DNA of 64,000 bases. It comes from Camelus ferus (Eukaryota). A program made the position numbers and the translations under genes. Positions 1 to 14,434 of this stretch are shown in pieces (position 1 is the first letter of the stretch; each line of letters starts with the position of its first letter). Under the pieces are notes generated by a model. The model had not been told where the DNA came from. It worked only from the letters and a program-made list of their open reading frames with translations, and ran no database searches. Location: contig NC_045696.1 in assembly GCF_009834535.1 (NCBI RefSeq), forward strand, positions 101,186,001 to 101,250,000, read 5' to 3'.

Positions 1-29
1 TGGAAATAAAAGCATCAGTGTCTTAAAAA

Positions 30-490
30 AAAGAAACAAATAGTTATGTGAATACCTATAATGGCATTATTTATAATGACAAAAAATGGGAAGCAGCCTG
101 AATGTCCCTTAATGGAGGAATAAATTTACAAATTACAATATATATATTCTATAAACTGTCCAAAACTGTGGAAATAATTAGATCTTTTTCTATGAATCTA
201 GAGAGAGATTTATGATGAGCTCGTAACTTTAAAAATTATTAATGTTCATGGTACAATTCAATATTTAAACCAAAAAAAGCACAACTCTTTGTATGTATGT
301 TGATATCAGCATGAGAAAATTATGGAAAATACATGCCATATTGTCAACCTTGCCTTATCTCAGGATAAAGGGTTGGGAAAACAGGAAATGTACTGAAAGA
401 AGCATAATTTATGCTCATCTTTCTTTATATTTTTGGATTTTTAACATTCTTTTGAGTACATACAACTTTGTAACTAAAAAGATAAGTATG
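30..490 (+). mobile_element. Old L1 (L1MC/ME-like) 3' UTR fragment
   Basis: Degenerate L1 3' motifs: 'gcattatttataatgacaaaaaatgggaagcagcctgaatgtcc', ending in an A-rich tract. Boundaries approximate. Confidence 0.6.
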
Positions 491-3400
491 AAATGCTTCT
501 GAGGAGGCTAAAGGAATCTGATATTCCTTAAGAAGATTTAAATGATCTTTATTAAAGTGGAAATGTGATAAATTAAAGAGAAAAGTTTTGATTAAAAAAT
601 CCTTCAGATTAATAAAAAAATTTTGTCATGGAATTGGAATCTTATAAAATAAGTTGATATTGTGAAATTTCAGAATAAATATGTACATTCAGACTTACAT
701 GCATACATATGTAAATAAATAAATATAAAATGACCTCTACAAAAATACAGCAGTACAAGGGAAATCTGACTGGTCACCTTCACACAATATATATTTCTAT
801 AGAGACTGATATTTTTACATTCTCATTTCATTTCTATTTCAGAAACTACAAATTCTACATTGGCTCATCAGACTCTAGTACAGAGCCAGTGATTTTAAAA
901 ATAGCTGTAGTCTAAGTATGTTTAAGGGAATCAGAATTTTCTTGGTCGTAACCATTAATGGAGCCTAGGAAGGTCTTTGTATTTAAGCAATATTTAAATT
1001 TTTAACATAGTTCCATTATGAAGACTAGCAAATGAGAAGCTGAACTGGATAATGATGTTTTCTTTAGGCCACTGCCTCTTATTTTAAAAAATAATGCTCA
1101 ATCATACACATACAGTATATATACATATTCATATGGTACAGTTGTTTGCATAATCAGACACACTGAATAATATTTATTAAAGCAGAGTATTCAGATCACT
1201 ACCATCCAAAAAAGGAGAAAACTTAGAAGAACCACTTCACAAAATTAATTTTCCAAGTATTTTAAATGCCAACATCTGAACTTGTGTTTGAGGCACAAAT
1301 ATGCTCTTTATGCAAAAGGTGTGTCTATGTGTGTGTGTGGGTGTGTTACTCAAATAAAACCTCCATTTTACTTAGATAAAATTCATCTTATTGATCAACA
1401 TATTTAGTTAAATTGATAATGAATTTGGGTAAATTCAATTGAAATGAATAAGCTGATAATGATTCCTGGTGAAGGTTCCTCACAGTAACCTAATATTTTC
1501 ATGCTAATATTAAACCACACAGAGAGTTTTAAAAGCATCTAACTTTAAGTCCACTACGAGAGTCACTATAAATTGCCATCTCATTTATATATATCTCACC
1601 CTCATTTACTATCTACAATTCACCTCAAAAAAGTGTGTTAATTTCTAAAATGATAGTATCTTACAAACACATTTTCTTAAACAACTTTATAAAATCACTT
1701 GTCAAAATGGAATGTTTACAATTTGACTGAAGTGACCAGTTTGACAAATAGTGTGTGAAGTCTTATTTTGCCTTTTAAAGTTTACAGTAGGTCCAAAATG
1801 TAATAGCTAAAATAGCAAAAACAAATAAAGATGGTCTACTGAGCCTAAAATATTACAGAGATGTTGTACTGATAGAACCAAAAGTATATTTGCAAAATGT
1901 ATCCACTGAAAGTAATTTCATATCAAGTGTCAAACCTGCCATACTTTTAAGATCTTGAGGTAACCTTGTCCCACCTGAAATGCTAATACTCTCAGACCTG
2001 GTGGCCCATTCATTATGACAGCTTTTGAGTTCTGCTACAAGAAACAGCCAATGAAAATTATGTTAACCTACTTGGAAAAAGCCATCCGTAATTAATGTCT
2101 GTAGATAAATAGCATTCACATTTTGACAAGGGGCATCAGCACCAATAACTCTTTAACCCAGACAGCTTTATGTGCCTTGTCTTCACTAATTATCATTTTG
2201 GAAAGCTTTCAAGTGATATCTCTTATTATGGTAGAATAGTTTTCTGATAAAGCTCTGATATATGTGTCCTTATTTAAGGTGAGTTCTAAGACGGCAAGGC
2301 CAAAGTTAACAAAGTCAAGTGTATCAATTTATAGGTATTCGCCTGAAGAATCCCACTTTGTTAAAGTATACCCAGTAGCAGGAAACCCACTACCTGTGGA
2401 AAATATTTGTTCCTATGGCATATGCTATCAGAAGTCAGATTCCACAGACATGAACACAGTATTTTTCATGAAGATATTTGACTTTTTTTTTTTTGGCATT
2501 CAGATCTAGTATTTTCCCTTTTATAATCACACAAGGATGACTACTTGTGTGAAAAGAGATTCCAACGTAAGATTAAAATTATCAGGGATCAAATAACAAG
2601 TTTAATCAGATTTGAGCCATCGATAAGAAAAACACTTAATTCTGTTCAAAACTTACCATGGTTTCTTTGCTTTCCATAGCATTTACTTCTCTTTGTCTTA
2701 CTTCTTCAAAATTTGCCTGTCTTATTCTGAACTTTTTGTGAACCCATTAATGCATCAAATAAATATAATATGAATAAATCAGATTATAGCTTATATCATT
2801 CATTTAGTTGGCTGTTACTTCACTCTGCATCAAGAAATCCCTAGATATATCTGATCTATGACCATCTATTCTAGTTTTTCTGATGCCCAAGACAATCTCT
2901 ATTAATTCAGGTTATATGGTTTATCCATTTATAATCTACTATTATAATCTACTATTAGTAGGATATACGCATCTTTGGCAACCACACTGAGTTCAGCCAC
3001 CTGAGTACCACTTAATGACATGTCATAAAATGCTTCATGATTTAATGACAGCATTTCTTGTTTTTATTTTATCATAATGATATATCATAACAATTTATGT
3101 TAGATTATTAAATATGTTGCAACAGACTCAACTTCAAATTTCAAGTCTTTTAAACTATCACTTGGTAAAAAGAATAAGCTGGCAGAACTTCTTGCCTTGA
3201 AAAATACAACCTGAAATGTGAATTATGTCAAGATTCAATAACAGTTTGATTGTTATGAAGGCCAACTGTACCCTAAGAAGCAGTCAAGTACATTTAAAGA
3301 AAAAAGTGTGAGTCCTTTTTGAAATCTGGTATAATTTCTGATAGGTGTCATAGAGGGATAGTTTTGTACGTTGATAAAGTCTTCATAAATCCTTATAGTA

Positions 3401-4254
3401 ACATTTTAATTAACTATAAGAAAAATCTTTCCTTTATCACAAAGTAAACATTCCTATATTTCTTAAACATTCGTAATAAATAAGTAAATATGTATGTATT
3501 AAAATCAATATAAAAAGAAGTGACATGACAATACTAACTTCATTGTTACTTTTTGACTTCTGTATTTTGTCACTGATATCTTGAAGAGCCAGATGCCTTC
3601 TCTGCATTCACTTTAGTAAAACCAGGTAGGAATTTATCTAGCAAGACTCACACAGACACAGTCAATATGGGCTGTCAAACAAAAGAAGCAAGTTATGGAG
3701 GCCAAAAATCAGCATAATTCTATTTAAATTTTTTAAAAACCTGAAAACCTAAATGATGCATTGTTTATTTCTAATTATGTAAATTATAAAATAATACCTC
3801 AGAAAAGCAGTGGGAAAAGGGAAGGGAAGTGTGAGGGTGGGGAAATACATACCGTATATACATCTATGTATATATATCTATAATACATATATACACACAC
3901 ATACATTCTTAAAAGTAGCTATGTATATGTGTGCATATGTGTGTCTGTACTTTGTGTATGTGTTTTAGACATTCTTTGGTGTGATGATACATTTCATAAC
4001 TAATTTAAAATGGAAATTAAGATGAAAAACTTGTATTAATGGTATATAATATCTGTGTTGATGGTGGTGCCTTCACCTGGTCATGTATGGTCTCAGGATA
4101 GAACAGCAGTGTTACAATCAGAGGGGTGATTTGGTTTCCACTGCAACACGTCAGCGTGCTCCTCATTTCTTTTTGAGCCCTAACCAGCACAGTCCCCAAA
4201 GTCCATCCATAGTTCTCTAACCGGACTGTCCAGGGCTTTTTCCTTCAACACTTC

Positions 4255-5100
4255 CACAACCACCACCCTGTCTGCCACCATAATCTCTCACCTGAATATC
4301 CGCACTAGCTTCTCAAGTGTCTCCTTCTACTCATGTTCCCCTTCGTCTTGTTCACAAATAGAAACTAAAATGATGGTTTTAAACATTATCAAGTTATGTG
4401 ATCACTCTGCTAAAAACCTCCCAATGACTCCCTGTTTTCCTCAGAAAGTATACAAAAATCTCTACAATGGCCATAGATCAAGAATAATCCTTTTCTGTAA
4501 AAGGCCAGATGGTAAATTTTTTTTTGGTTTTGCAAGTCTGTGTCCCAACTATCCAACTGCTGTTGCTGTATCACAAATCAGCCATAGACATGTAAGTAAA
4601 TGGGTGTGCCCTGTGTTTCAATAAACTTTATTTTCAGATTAGCCTACAGAACACATCTGCTCATGGATCGTCATAATTTGCTGATTTCTGCCATAGATCA
4701 TCTGAACCCTCCTCATCTCTGTGATGTCATTTCTCACTGGTCTTCCCCCCATTCATTCTGCACAAACTGTAGAGGCCTCCTGATATTCCCAGATTCCAAC
4801 AGACTTAAACCTGCTCTAGGATCTTAGTGTGCACCCTTTCCTCTGCCTGGAATGTTTTCTTCTATATATCCAGTTGGTTAAATCCTTCACCTTTTCAATT
4901 CTTTGCTCACATCTCACCTTTTCATAGAGATATAGCCTAGTTGTATTATTTAAAATTTTGACCCCAACTTCATTCTCTGAACTCTCAATTTCCTGTATCC
5001 TGACTACCATTTTTTTCTCTGAGAGCACTCTACCTTTTGATCTACTCTATCATTTTCTTAATGTGTATGCTCCACCAAAGCAGAGTTTTTGTCTGTTTTG
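4255..5100 (+). mobile_element. L2 LINE 3' fragment, interrupted by a hAT MITE
   Basis: L2-like phrases 'ccataatctctcacctgaat', 'gatcactctgctaaaaacctcccaatgactccc' and 'tcctctgcctggaatgttttct'. Confidence 0.7.
4479..4690 (+). mobile_element. hAT-Charlie MITE, MER58A-like
   Basis: Internal 'ttttctgtaaaaggccagatggtaaat...agccatagacatgtaagtaaatgggtgtgccctgtgtttcaataaacttta'. Flanked by a perfect 8-bp TSD, ccatagat (4471-4478 and 4691-4698). Confidence 0.85.
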
Positions 5101-5814
5101 AAAAAGGAAAGAAGAAAAACAAGGAAGGGAAGAGAAAAGAAAATAAACATTTCTAATCAAAGTTCTGGTAACCAGTGTTCAGATCTGTGAGCACTCCCCA
5201 AACTACCTAAACAGACTAATACAGACACTCTGATGCTTTAACAAAATATGAAGACAAACATTAAGTCAGACATTCTTCAGTGATACTGAACAAGAGGATG
5301 GTGTATTTAAAAGCATTCAAAAATTGTCATAAGCAAAATGTCTCATGTTGAAACATGTTACTATCTTTATTTTAAATAGATGACTCAGGGTAGAATTCCA
5401 AATTAATATGGTGGTGATAATGATATATGACATTAAGAAGAGCCTATAACCTTTTTATGATGAAAATACAGCTTGATTAAAACATTCCTCTGGAGTTTAA
5501 ATTGGTACTTTGATCTCATGAATATTCTTCTATGAATGTTATTTACTGACAAATTATTTGACTACCAAAGAGACTCAATCAGCAATTCTAAGCTTGATTT
5601 GCAAAATCATAGAACTTTTCAGAGTAACAAATACTTCATAACTTTATCTTGTATAGATGTGTAGCATTTCCTAAATTTTAAAAAATTTTATAAAAATGAG
5701 ACATTCAATTCCTATGCTGTATCAACAGAGGAAATGAATGTCAAGCTAATGCAATTCACCTACGTATAAATTTCAGTGAGACACAAAATTTATTCTGTAT
5801 GTATGTGTCTGCAA

Positions 5815-5817
<3 letters not shown>

Positions 5818-5859
<42 letters not shown>
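5818..5859. repeat. (TA)n microsatellite, about 21 units
   Basis: Directly visible. Confidence 0.95.
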
Positions 5860-5867
<8 letters not shown>

Positions 5868-7629
5868 TATTTATGTAGATATATAAACTATTGGGAAATA
5901 TTGGATTTCTTCAGTTCATTACTCCAATTTTTAAAGAGTATGATAGTAGAATTGTCTTAAATTTTTTCTTATCTCTTAAGTTAAAAAGGTTGAACTAAAA
6001 TATTCTAATATTACTAAGAAATAATGTTTAAAATACCATAAAATGAAAACATTTTTATATCCCTGTGTTCCTGTAACAATTCTCCTCCTGACCAAATGGG
6101 TCAATTAATATGAAATTGTTATAGAACCACGGCCTATTAAACGTATGGAAAGATATTCACTTGCTTAGCAAGCATTTGAGGATTTTCAAATTAAAGATGG
6201 TTATAAAATTAAATCATACATATTAACTTCATTTGGATGAATTCTCCTCCCTTCACGTTAGACTTCTACCAAAAGTCTTTACTCAGTTAAGTGAGGATTC
6301 TTCTGTAGTTCCATGATTATACTTCAACCCAAGTCAAAAATTCAAATCACATTAATGAAGGCAGGCTTCTTTATGGTATTAACACTTCATTTAGGAGAGA
6401 ATTAGGGGAAAATATATCAAATATTCACAAATATCTTTCAAATATTTGTCACACATATTTGTTTAAAATGACTTTCTCAGCTAAGGCTTTATATGAGACT
6501 GAATAGATTTTCTCTGACTGTCAGACGGATGATGATCACTGCTATAATCTTGATGGCCCTTGGAAATACCTAATTTAGTCAGAGAAAAAGGAGAAAATTA
6601 CCCACCTATAACTTTGTGTAATCTTTTAACATAATTCCATAGCAAGAATTTTTAAAAATTCTTGAACAGTTTTTATAATAAATTGTCGATTTTTCCATGT
6701 GTGATCTCATGTGTGCTCATACAGTTGACATATCATACTTTCTTTATTACTAGAGCCTATCCGGTTGCATATGAGAAAAGCAGAAGAGAAATATCCACCA
6801 ACTCAGTCTCCCTCATGTAGCATCCAGGGCACATGGCAGTATTGATTACACTGCTAGATGTCAAATAGTTAGAAATAAAGGTGATATTCAACGTCTTTCA
6901 CAGCCAGTCTTGTCATAACAAGGCAGGACACTAATCAGTACCTGCTAAACATCACCCATAGATGGAAGATTCACTTTGAACACCAAACAGCATTGAAGAG
7001 GTGGCTATCTGAATGTTGCTTCAGGTGAAGGTTCTAAATTGACTTCTTCCAACAATAACATTTGTAAGTATACTAGTATAGTATAGTGAAAATGATAGCT
7101 ATTATTCATTGAGTATTTGCTATGTCAAGACACTTTAAATAATTATTACGTTTACTGATATTGTACCTGATTTGGGTCTAAGTGGTATGACTCTCTCGTA
7201 TTCTTAACCACTACCAGTTATCTTGCCTCTACACAGACTGGGAGACCAACTTCATTAAACACACTATCCATGATCTCTTTCTATAAAATGTGAATAATAT
7301 CAATCTCATAGTATTACTGGAAACAAAGCACCAAATAGGATCCCACACGTATAGTAAATGATATAAAAATGCAGTTTCCTTTCATCCTCATAAAATAAAT
7401 ATATCTCATGAAAACATATATGAGCCATCTTCTATGCATAATAAATAGGTAAACCTATTAATATTCTGTGTCTTTAACAGATTTATTACCATCTGGTTTT
7501 TATTTTGCTTTCTCTTTATAAAAAGGTGCCAGGTCTTCACTGTTACAATCTAATACCCAAAAAGAGAAATACCAGAATTATACCAAAACATTCAAAATAA
7601 CAAAATAAAATTTGTATTAGAAGAATACA

Positions 7630-7860
7630 TATCATCTATTGAGTTTTATGAGCTAGACACCATGCAACCTGTCCCTATACATTATCTTGTTTAGTCTTAC
7701 AGAACTATGATACTTATTAATTGATATTAATATTATAGATAGGAAAACTGAGGTATGGGTGATTTCAGTAATTTACACAAGGGCTCATTGCTAGGAAGCA
7801 GAGGCAGATCAAGGATTTAAACCCAAGTCTGATGACTCAGAAACTCAAAGTTTTCTTACT
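7630..7860 (-). mobile_element. MIR SINE
   Basis: Reverse-strand MIR core 'atagataggaaaactgagg...aggatttaaacccaagtctgatgactcagaa'. Confidence 0.75.
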
Positions 7861-8507
7861 TTCTAATAGCAAAATGTAAAAATTTCATTTCCACTACGTT
7901 TATGTTTTTATCTCTCTATTTTAATGTTACCTCAATATAGAAATTGGAAATTAGTTTGGAATGCATTTCATCTGAAAATACACAATCATACATATAATTG
8001 CATTTTGACATACATTCTAAAAATACAAGGCAATGTCTCCTGATTTCATTCTATTTTGTATTCTGATAAAGTATTCCAGTATAAAACAATGGAATATTAA
8101 TTGCCAGAATCATACCCTTCCGTGTGCTTTTAAAACTAGCATCTATTCCCTATATTGTAATTTACTTGTGGCTAAATTGGTTTCCAAGTACCCACTTGCT
8201 GGTATGATTCACTTACTTTGCACATTACTAACACCAGTGGTTTGAATACAAATGGGTCATTTATTCCCTGAGAATAATTTTTTACACGTGTTGTTGAACT
8301 CAAAGCATTTCTGAAAATTAACTGTAGAAGAAAATACAGCAGTTTTGGAGAAATGTCCAGAAAGCTATGCAGCTTTTAAACACAGCAGTTTTAAATTATT
8401 ATGGTTTTTTTTTTTTTTTACCTAGACACTCTCAGCACTATCTACCTCGTATCTATTACACAAATTGTATTTTTCTGTCCTTAAAACAAGGCTCTTCCAC
8501 ATTCCTC

Positions 8508-9111
8508 TGTTACCAGAAAGTATGTTCTTAGCTCACTGCAGAAATAATTCAGAGATGAGGTGCAGAGGTCAAGAAAGCAAAGTGAGGATTTGTTAAATGA
8601 TAACATCCTCTCAAGGGGAGAGCCGGCAGATTCAGGTGAGTAGTTGCGCTGAGTTCCTTTGGCAAGCTGGTTATATGTGGTGTAAAAATGAATGGGTGAA
8701 ATATTCATTGGGGAGTGAGGGGTTTGGAGTCATATTCCCTGATTTTCATCCCAACCTCACCTTCCCGAGGGGAGGAGGGATTTTTGTCCTCATTTAGTCT
8801 TGATCCGAAGTGTCATGGCATTGGTGCATGATGGGTACTTCTAATCTGCAAGGCTAATTTTATTGCAATGAGAGCATAATGAGCAAAAATGTTGCATTCA
8901 GACACTGGAGATTCCTGCTTTATCCCACCTTTCTTTCTTGGCCTCCAGGACACTTGTCACCCCAAAATGTGTGGTTTCTTATCAGTCTGGAGGTTCCTGC
9001 TTTTCTTTGTCTGCCCAAGAGCCCTCTTTGTTCACAGAATGTATGGTTCCCTGCCATCTGGCCCATGCCCCTCTTTCTTTGCTTATATCTAGCTATCTAC
9101 CTGCTCTAACA
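8508..9111 (-). mobile_element. ERV1-type solo LTR, 604 bp
   Basis: TGTTA...TAACA termini and a 4-bp TSD, cctc/cctt (one mismatch). GC content is elevated and there are internal U3-like repeats. The U5-like minus-strand end reads 'aacaaatcctcactttgctttcttgacctctgcacctcatctctgaattatttctgcagtgagctaagaac'. Confidence 0.85.
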
Positions 9112-9594
9112 CCTTCACAAATTATGTGGTTGTTGCTACCCCTTTCCATCTTCTATGATGCACACCTTTCAGCTTCCGTTTTTCAAAATTCTGAAATCAT
9201 GTGATTAACTTTCATTCAGCCATATCATCCTGGTTCATGATGATCACAAAAGGCCTGGTGACAGTCAGGGCATTAAGAAATCTCCACTCCCTCACACAAC
9301 TATGATAGGTGTTTCCAAAAAACATCTCTCATCCAGCAAGTGAAAAACTTGCCAAAACAGAGCAAGATTTCTCTTCTTAGAGCAGATATACACTCCCCTC
9401 TGCTAGGCTTTACCTTTATAAACAATAATTACATTCAGTTGCTTAACATTTAATTGCTCTTTTCACATGCATGTTCACACTGTCTTAAATCTTTTTTAGA
9501 ACAAAGCATGATACAACATATGAAATAAATAAGATTCTTAAAAATTTTACTTTCTCCATAAGTCTGGCAAGAATGCAGGGCATATATTAATATT

Positions 9595-9720
9595 TCCATT
9601 AAACACATGGGAAACTTGAGGCTCCAAGATGTTACATACATTTTCTCAAGGTTATATAGTTAGTAAACATTGGGGCTCGGATAAGAAAATTATTTTGAAC
9701 CACAGACAAGCCCTTAGACT
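9595..9720 (-). mobile_element. MIR fragment
   Basis: 'ccattaaacacatgggaaacttgaggctccaagatgttacatacattttctcaaggttatatag'. Confidence 0.6.
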
Positions 9721-9769
9721 CTTTTTGCTTCTGTTTTCTCATACACAGAAAGATACTTGTGAAGAATTT

Positions 9770-9965
9770 AAAGTTCTTGGAGTCAAACTGTTTGAATCAA
9801 TGCTTGGAAACTGCTGGCCTTCTCTGGCTGCGTTAATTTGGGCTAATCACTTCACTACTCTGTGACTCAATTTTTTCTCCTCTCTAAAATGGAAATAATT
9901 TTATTGTAAGTTTTATGTGACAACACTTGGCCATTTTTAAGTATATATGTAAATTAGCAATAATA
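9770..9965 (+). mobile_element. MIR fragment
   Basis: 'cttggagtcaaactgtttgaatc...actctgtgactcaattttttctcctctctaaaatggaaataat'. Confidence 0.65.
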
Positions 9966-10292
9966 AACCTCTTCCCACTTGTTTTAGGGTGTTGCTTTTC
10001 TAGATTAAATTGTGTAACATCAACAGTAAAGGAATAGCTAAGTTTCTTTAGTGCTGGTAATGTCCAAGAAAAGATGAATGCCTTAGACAATTTATGGACT
10101 ATTTATGGTCATACATGGGAGAGAAAGTGTCAGGAGATGAGGGAAAATCAAAGAAAATGTCTTAAAAAGGAAGAAATCGAGAGAGTATTGGGTCTCTTAG
10201 ATACTCCCACAAAAGCACCTCAATTCCCAAATCATCTCATGAACAAATTAAGAAATAAGACAAGGGAGTGGCAGTGGAGACCAAAAGATTAC

Positions 10293-10336
10293 CTTTATGA
10301 ATGATAATGAAACCAACAAACAACATGGAGTCATAG
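10293..10336 (-). other. Candidate 44-nt exon of an unidentified transcript
   Basis: Acceptor tttattttgctttacactcag| and donor AAG|gtaatc. Two open frames (YDSMLFVGFIIIHK and MTPCCLLVSLSFIK). No homology recognised. Confidence 0.25.
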
Positions 10337-13285
10337 CTGAGTGTAAAGCAAAATAAATTGGTTAACTAAATCCAGAATTAGGCTGATTTACAAATCCAGA
10401 CACAGATATGCACCCGCCTCTACATCCTGTAATTAGGAGAGGGTACTCAATGTCTGTCTTTGAAGAAGCATCAAGGGAAGGTTTGCTTCCTTCACTTTGT
10501 TGGCTCCTGGGAGGGAGAGAGGTTAGCACTGAGCCAGGCATGCCAGTTTTCTCTTCCTAAACATACTGATGAGAAAAGAATCACTCCATAAACCCTAGAA
10601 TGGAGAAGCAGGCAATAAACAAAAGAACCATCTGGGATGAGGAAAAAGGATTTCCCAATAAATACAGAAAAAATGAAAACTTTCCAACAACAAAAACACA
10701 ATGTTTGAGGTATAGATGTGTAAAGTAAATATGATGGAGAAAATTAATCATAAATTCTTACATGAAAAAGGCAAAGGCATGCATTAATTTTAACACAAAT
10801 AGGATCATTAGAAAGCTTATGTTCCTCCTATGTTTTATACGTTAGGCACTCAAAATGAAATATTCCTTTTAAATTCTCATCATAGCATGATGCAACAGGT
10901 CTTCCCTTATTTTATCAGTGAGATGGGAAAATCAGAGAAATTTTGCTGTTGTCTATGTCATGAAACTAATAATACATGGAAGAATTAGGAATGGGAACCC
11001 AATCAGTGTGATTCCAGTTTCCCAGGAGAAAATAACACACTTAGCAGCAGGACACAATTCTCACATTAATGTAGGTATTAAAGAATTGTCAAAATTTGCT
11101 TGTAAAGCAGAAAATAAAACTAAAGAGCATCCGATAACCCTAATGGGAAATAATGAAAGCTTAATGTCCTCTCCATTATAAGAATATATTAAAGTATAAT
11201 TTTAAAGAAAATCATGACTTTCATGCAAACGTAAAATGAAGCCATGTCAAAGATTTCATTCTGCTTATTTATTAAAATCATCAGTAAGATATTTTAAATG
11301 GTTCCGAAATCATTTGAGAAACTAGGTGTATACAGGCAAATTATCTAAAAAAAAAAAAAAAAGACAATCAGATAAAATTGCTAGATTTGACTATTTTTAA
11401 AGTGGTAAATATCTAATGGAGCCATAAATCATAATCTTTGGTGTTTTATTTTTGCACTACATAGAAATTATTATCTGTATCTTTACTGGACAAAAATCTA
11501 CAGTTTGACTTCTTCCCTACCCTTACGGATGTGAAAATTGTCTGGTCAATAAAAAAGTCAAGTTTCAGGAAAAGAGGACCCAGTAATCCCTTTTGCCTGT
11601 TTCCAAATTTCAAATAAATATTCTGACAGATATATGTAAACACTTGCTACTTGCTAATTAGGACCAAATTTTTTCTTGGCCACTCAAAGCTGTCTCTGCC
11701 ACCTGTTCAGTACTGGAGATACGCAGAAAATTATTCACCTTTGGCAATTCACTTTTTTAATCACACCATTGTTTCAGTTATGATATGATGTGACTTATTG
11801 GCTTTCTTTTACATTTTTCCCCAGATTACCTGACTTGGTCACTTTGATTGGATTACAAATTATTCCAGTCTGTTACTTACATAAAAAGAAATTACTAACT
11901 CAAAATAAAAACTGAACAAATAAAACCAAACAAAACACACACAGGTTCTTTCCCAGGACTCTTGTGTTGTAGCCCATGGGCCTACCATGGAACACAGTCA
12001 GTATCAGTGTCATTGACAGCAAACATAAGTATTCCTAGAGGACTTTCTTCAATGAATTATGCACCAGGGATGGTCACAGGCAGCTCCTGGCTGGGTCTTT
12101 GGAGAGTCTACTTTAGGGTGACAGCCAAAGTCAGCTGCAGTCTGAGTTCCTCCTGTTTTCTCAAAAGCTTTTATTTTTTATTCTTCTTACATTTTCCCAA
12201 ACATGTCTTATTTTTCTTCAGCTGTGCTTAGGCAGTTCCCTATGTCTTCTTCCCTCTTACCCACTTTCTAATTACAATTGTTGAAATGTCATCTCCACTG
12301 TGAAGACAGGTCAGTTCTCCTTTTATACTCTCATAGCCTTTAATGTACCTTTGATTTTTTAAAAAAACACATTATTTTATTCTTTTGTTATAATTTGTTC
12401 TTTATACACTATCTTCCCATGCTCTTTGCTCAAAATATGTAGTTACTATGAAATGTATAAATAAATGAATGCAGAGGGAGTATTTAGTAGAAAAAGCATA
12501 TTTGCAAACTATCATAATTGTGCCAGTAATTTATCATGTGGAGAGATATAAGCAAGTGTTTATATATAAGATTTTTATGTTATGAGGTCCAATCTCTTAG
12601 TTATTCAAGATTCTGTTCAGAGGTTGACCTCCTTCATGAAGTCTTGTATCTTCTGCCAAGGGGAAAATATCTTATCCTTGTAGGGATGATAGGGTTAGTA
12701 AAGGAGTGCAAGATGCTAGAGGAGTGAAGAAGAAAACAGAAGCTGGAGTGGAGAACACAGTGGATGTTTTTAGTGGAAGCACTATCAGAAATTTGTACTC
12801 AAGTCAAAATTCTCCAAGCGTCAATTGGACACATTGGTCATACTCAGAATAACTTAAAGCCATTTCAGAAAGAAATATTTTCTCAAAATCTCATAGTTTC
12901 CATGATAAATTTCCCTGTACTAGATGTTACATTCCATGTAGAAGCCACCCTTCTGAATCAATGAGTCACCATGAAAAAGAAACAATGTCTGTGTATAATC
13001 TCGTCTCCCCTGCAAAGAAAAAAAATTCTGCATATCTCACATTTGGCAAAATTAATGGATGTTTACATGATTGTTAGATAGCATTCTGCAGACTATAATC
13101 CTAAGAATTTCCAAGACAGTGTTTTCCCATCAAATGTTATGCAAATTATAATGAATTATGATAATTAATTTCAAATGCAGATTTTCTGCTGAGAAAAACT
13201 TTCATTCAAGCAAATGTGTTTTCCATGCCACTGGAATTACAAGTTACAAACGTGTCTAGTCATTTATTAAGAGCCTTTTATTCAG

Positions 13286-13537
13286 GTTCAAGTGTTCGAA
13301 CACCAGCTCGTTGTCAGAAAGATTTATCAAATTCTTTCTGTAGAAAAACCATAAAGTTTTAGGGCTGCTATTAATGTGTCAGTAAGTACTCATTATTGTT
13401 AATAAGCAAACCTATATTGCTGAGAAATTGAAACACTGTGGTACCCAAAGCCTGTATGTAAAATATTATATCCTTACTAGAACAATAAATTACGTTCCTC
13501 CATGCAGCTATCCTAATGTCTACAGCTAGAACTCCAG
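13286..13537 (+). other. Candidate exon pair (13286-13381 and 13481-13537) with a 99-nt intron
   Basis: ttttattcag|96 nt|gtaagt and tccttactag|57 nt|gtgagg. Stops in every frame. Confidence 0.25.
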
Positions 13538-14434
13538 GTGAGGGGATTTTTGTTTTATGTTCCATCCAGAAAAATACCAGGCTCTTTTAACATCCAGGCA
13601 TAGGGGAGAGACTTTTTTACATTCTCTGGAGGTGACATTTTGGTTACTTTTTTGTAGTTATTACCTACATTATTTAGGCTGCTGTCATATACTCTTTAAT
13701 TAAATACACAATCTCAAAAGTCATACGCAGAAGAAAGTAGTAAAAAGGTATGATGGAAACAGAGACATGGACCCAAATAAAGGCCCCAAACCCTGACGAG
13801 TTTAATAATGAAAATACATTTTATCATTTCTCTTTCAGCCTGCATAGTTCAACCTACTTTAATTTCCTAGAGGAAAATGTTCTTAGTGTAGTCCTCACAC
13901 ACATACAAAAGAATGTTTTGTGCATATCTTCTAGTATGCTCCTAATCTTATAAAAGTGTAATACAGAGGTATATTTGTTTGATATATAAAGACAGAAATA
14001 TAACTTCCTTGTGGCAGCTACTTTAAAACCAGTTTACACTAATTCACTCTAGCTTTAGTTATTCTTTGTATTTAAAAAAACACAAAATTATAAACATTCA
14101 AAGGCATCATCCAAATTCACACATACTTAGAACTATAACAACTCACTAACTTATAACTATTTATTCACACCAAATGTTTTCTATACAAAGATTAAAAAAA
14201 AAAAAAACCTTTTTTGTTGGTGGAAAAAATGATTAAGAATAACACAGACAGAATTATCCCTTCATGTAACATTGTGGCTCTGCAAATTTGTCTAAAGAAA
14301 AGCGATGACAATAAAGCCCAAGTATGAGTTTAAATAATCCATGGGAAAAATGGAGCTTAAAATATGTTTTAAAGCTTACAAATCAAAGCATAAATCATGA
14401 AGTTTTCCAGAGCTGTTGTTGAAGAACAATTTTT

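Noticed and set aside
6754..7063. Plus-strand exon-like segment (tttattactag|...|gtaagt)
   Set aside because: 310 nt with multiple stops in the frames read and a weak exonic donor context (TTT|gt). No further support.
10074..10304. 76-aa charged ORF (MNALDNLWTIYGH...)
   Set aside because: Explained by purine-rich composition. No homology recognised and no promoter or splice support.
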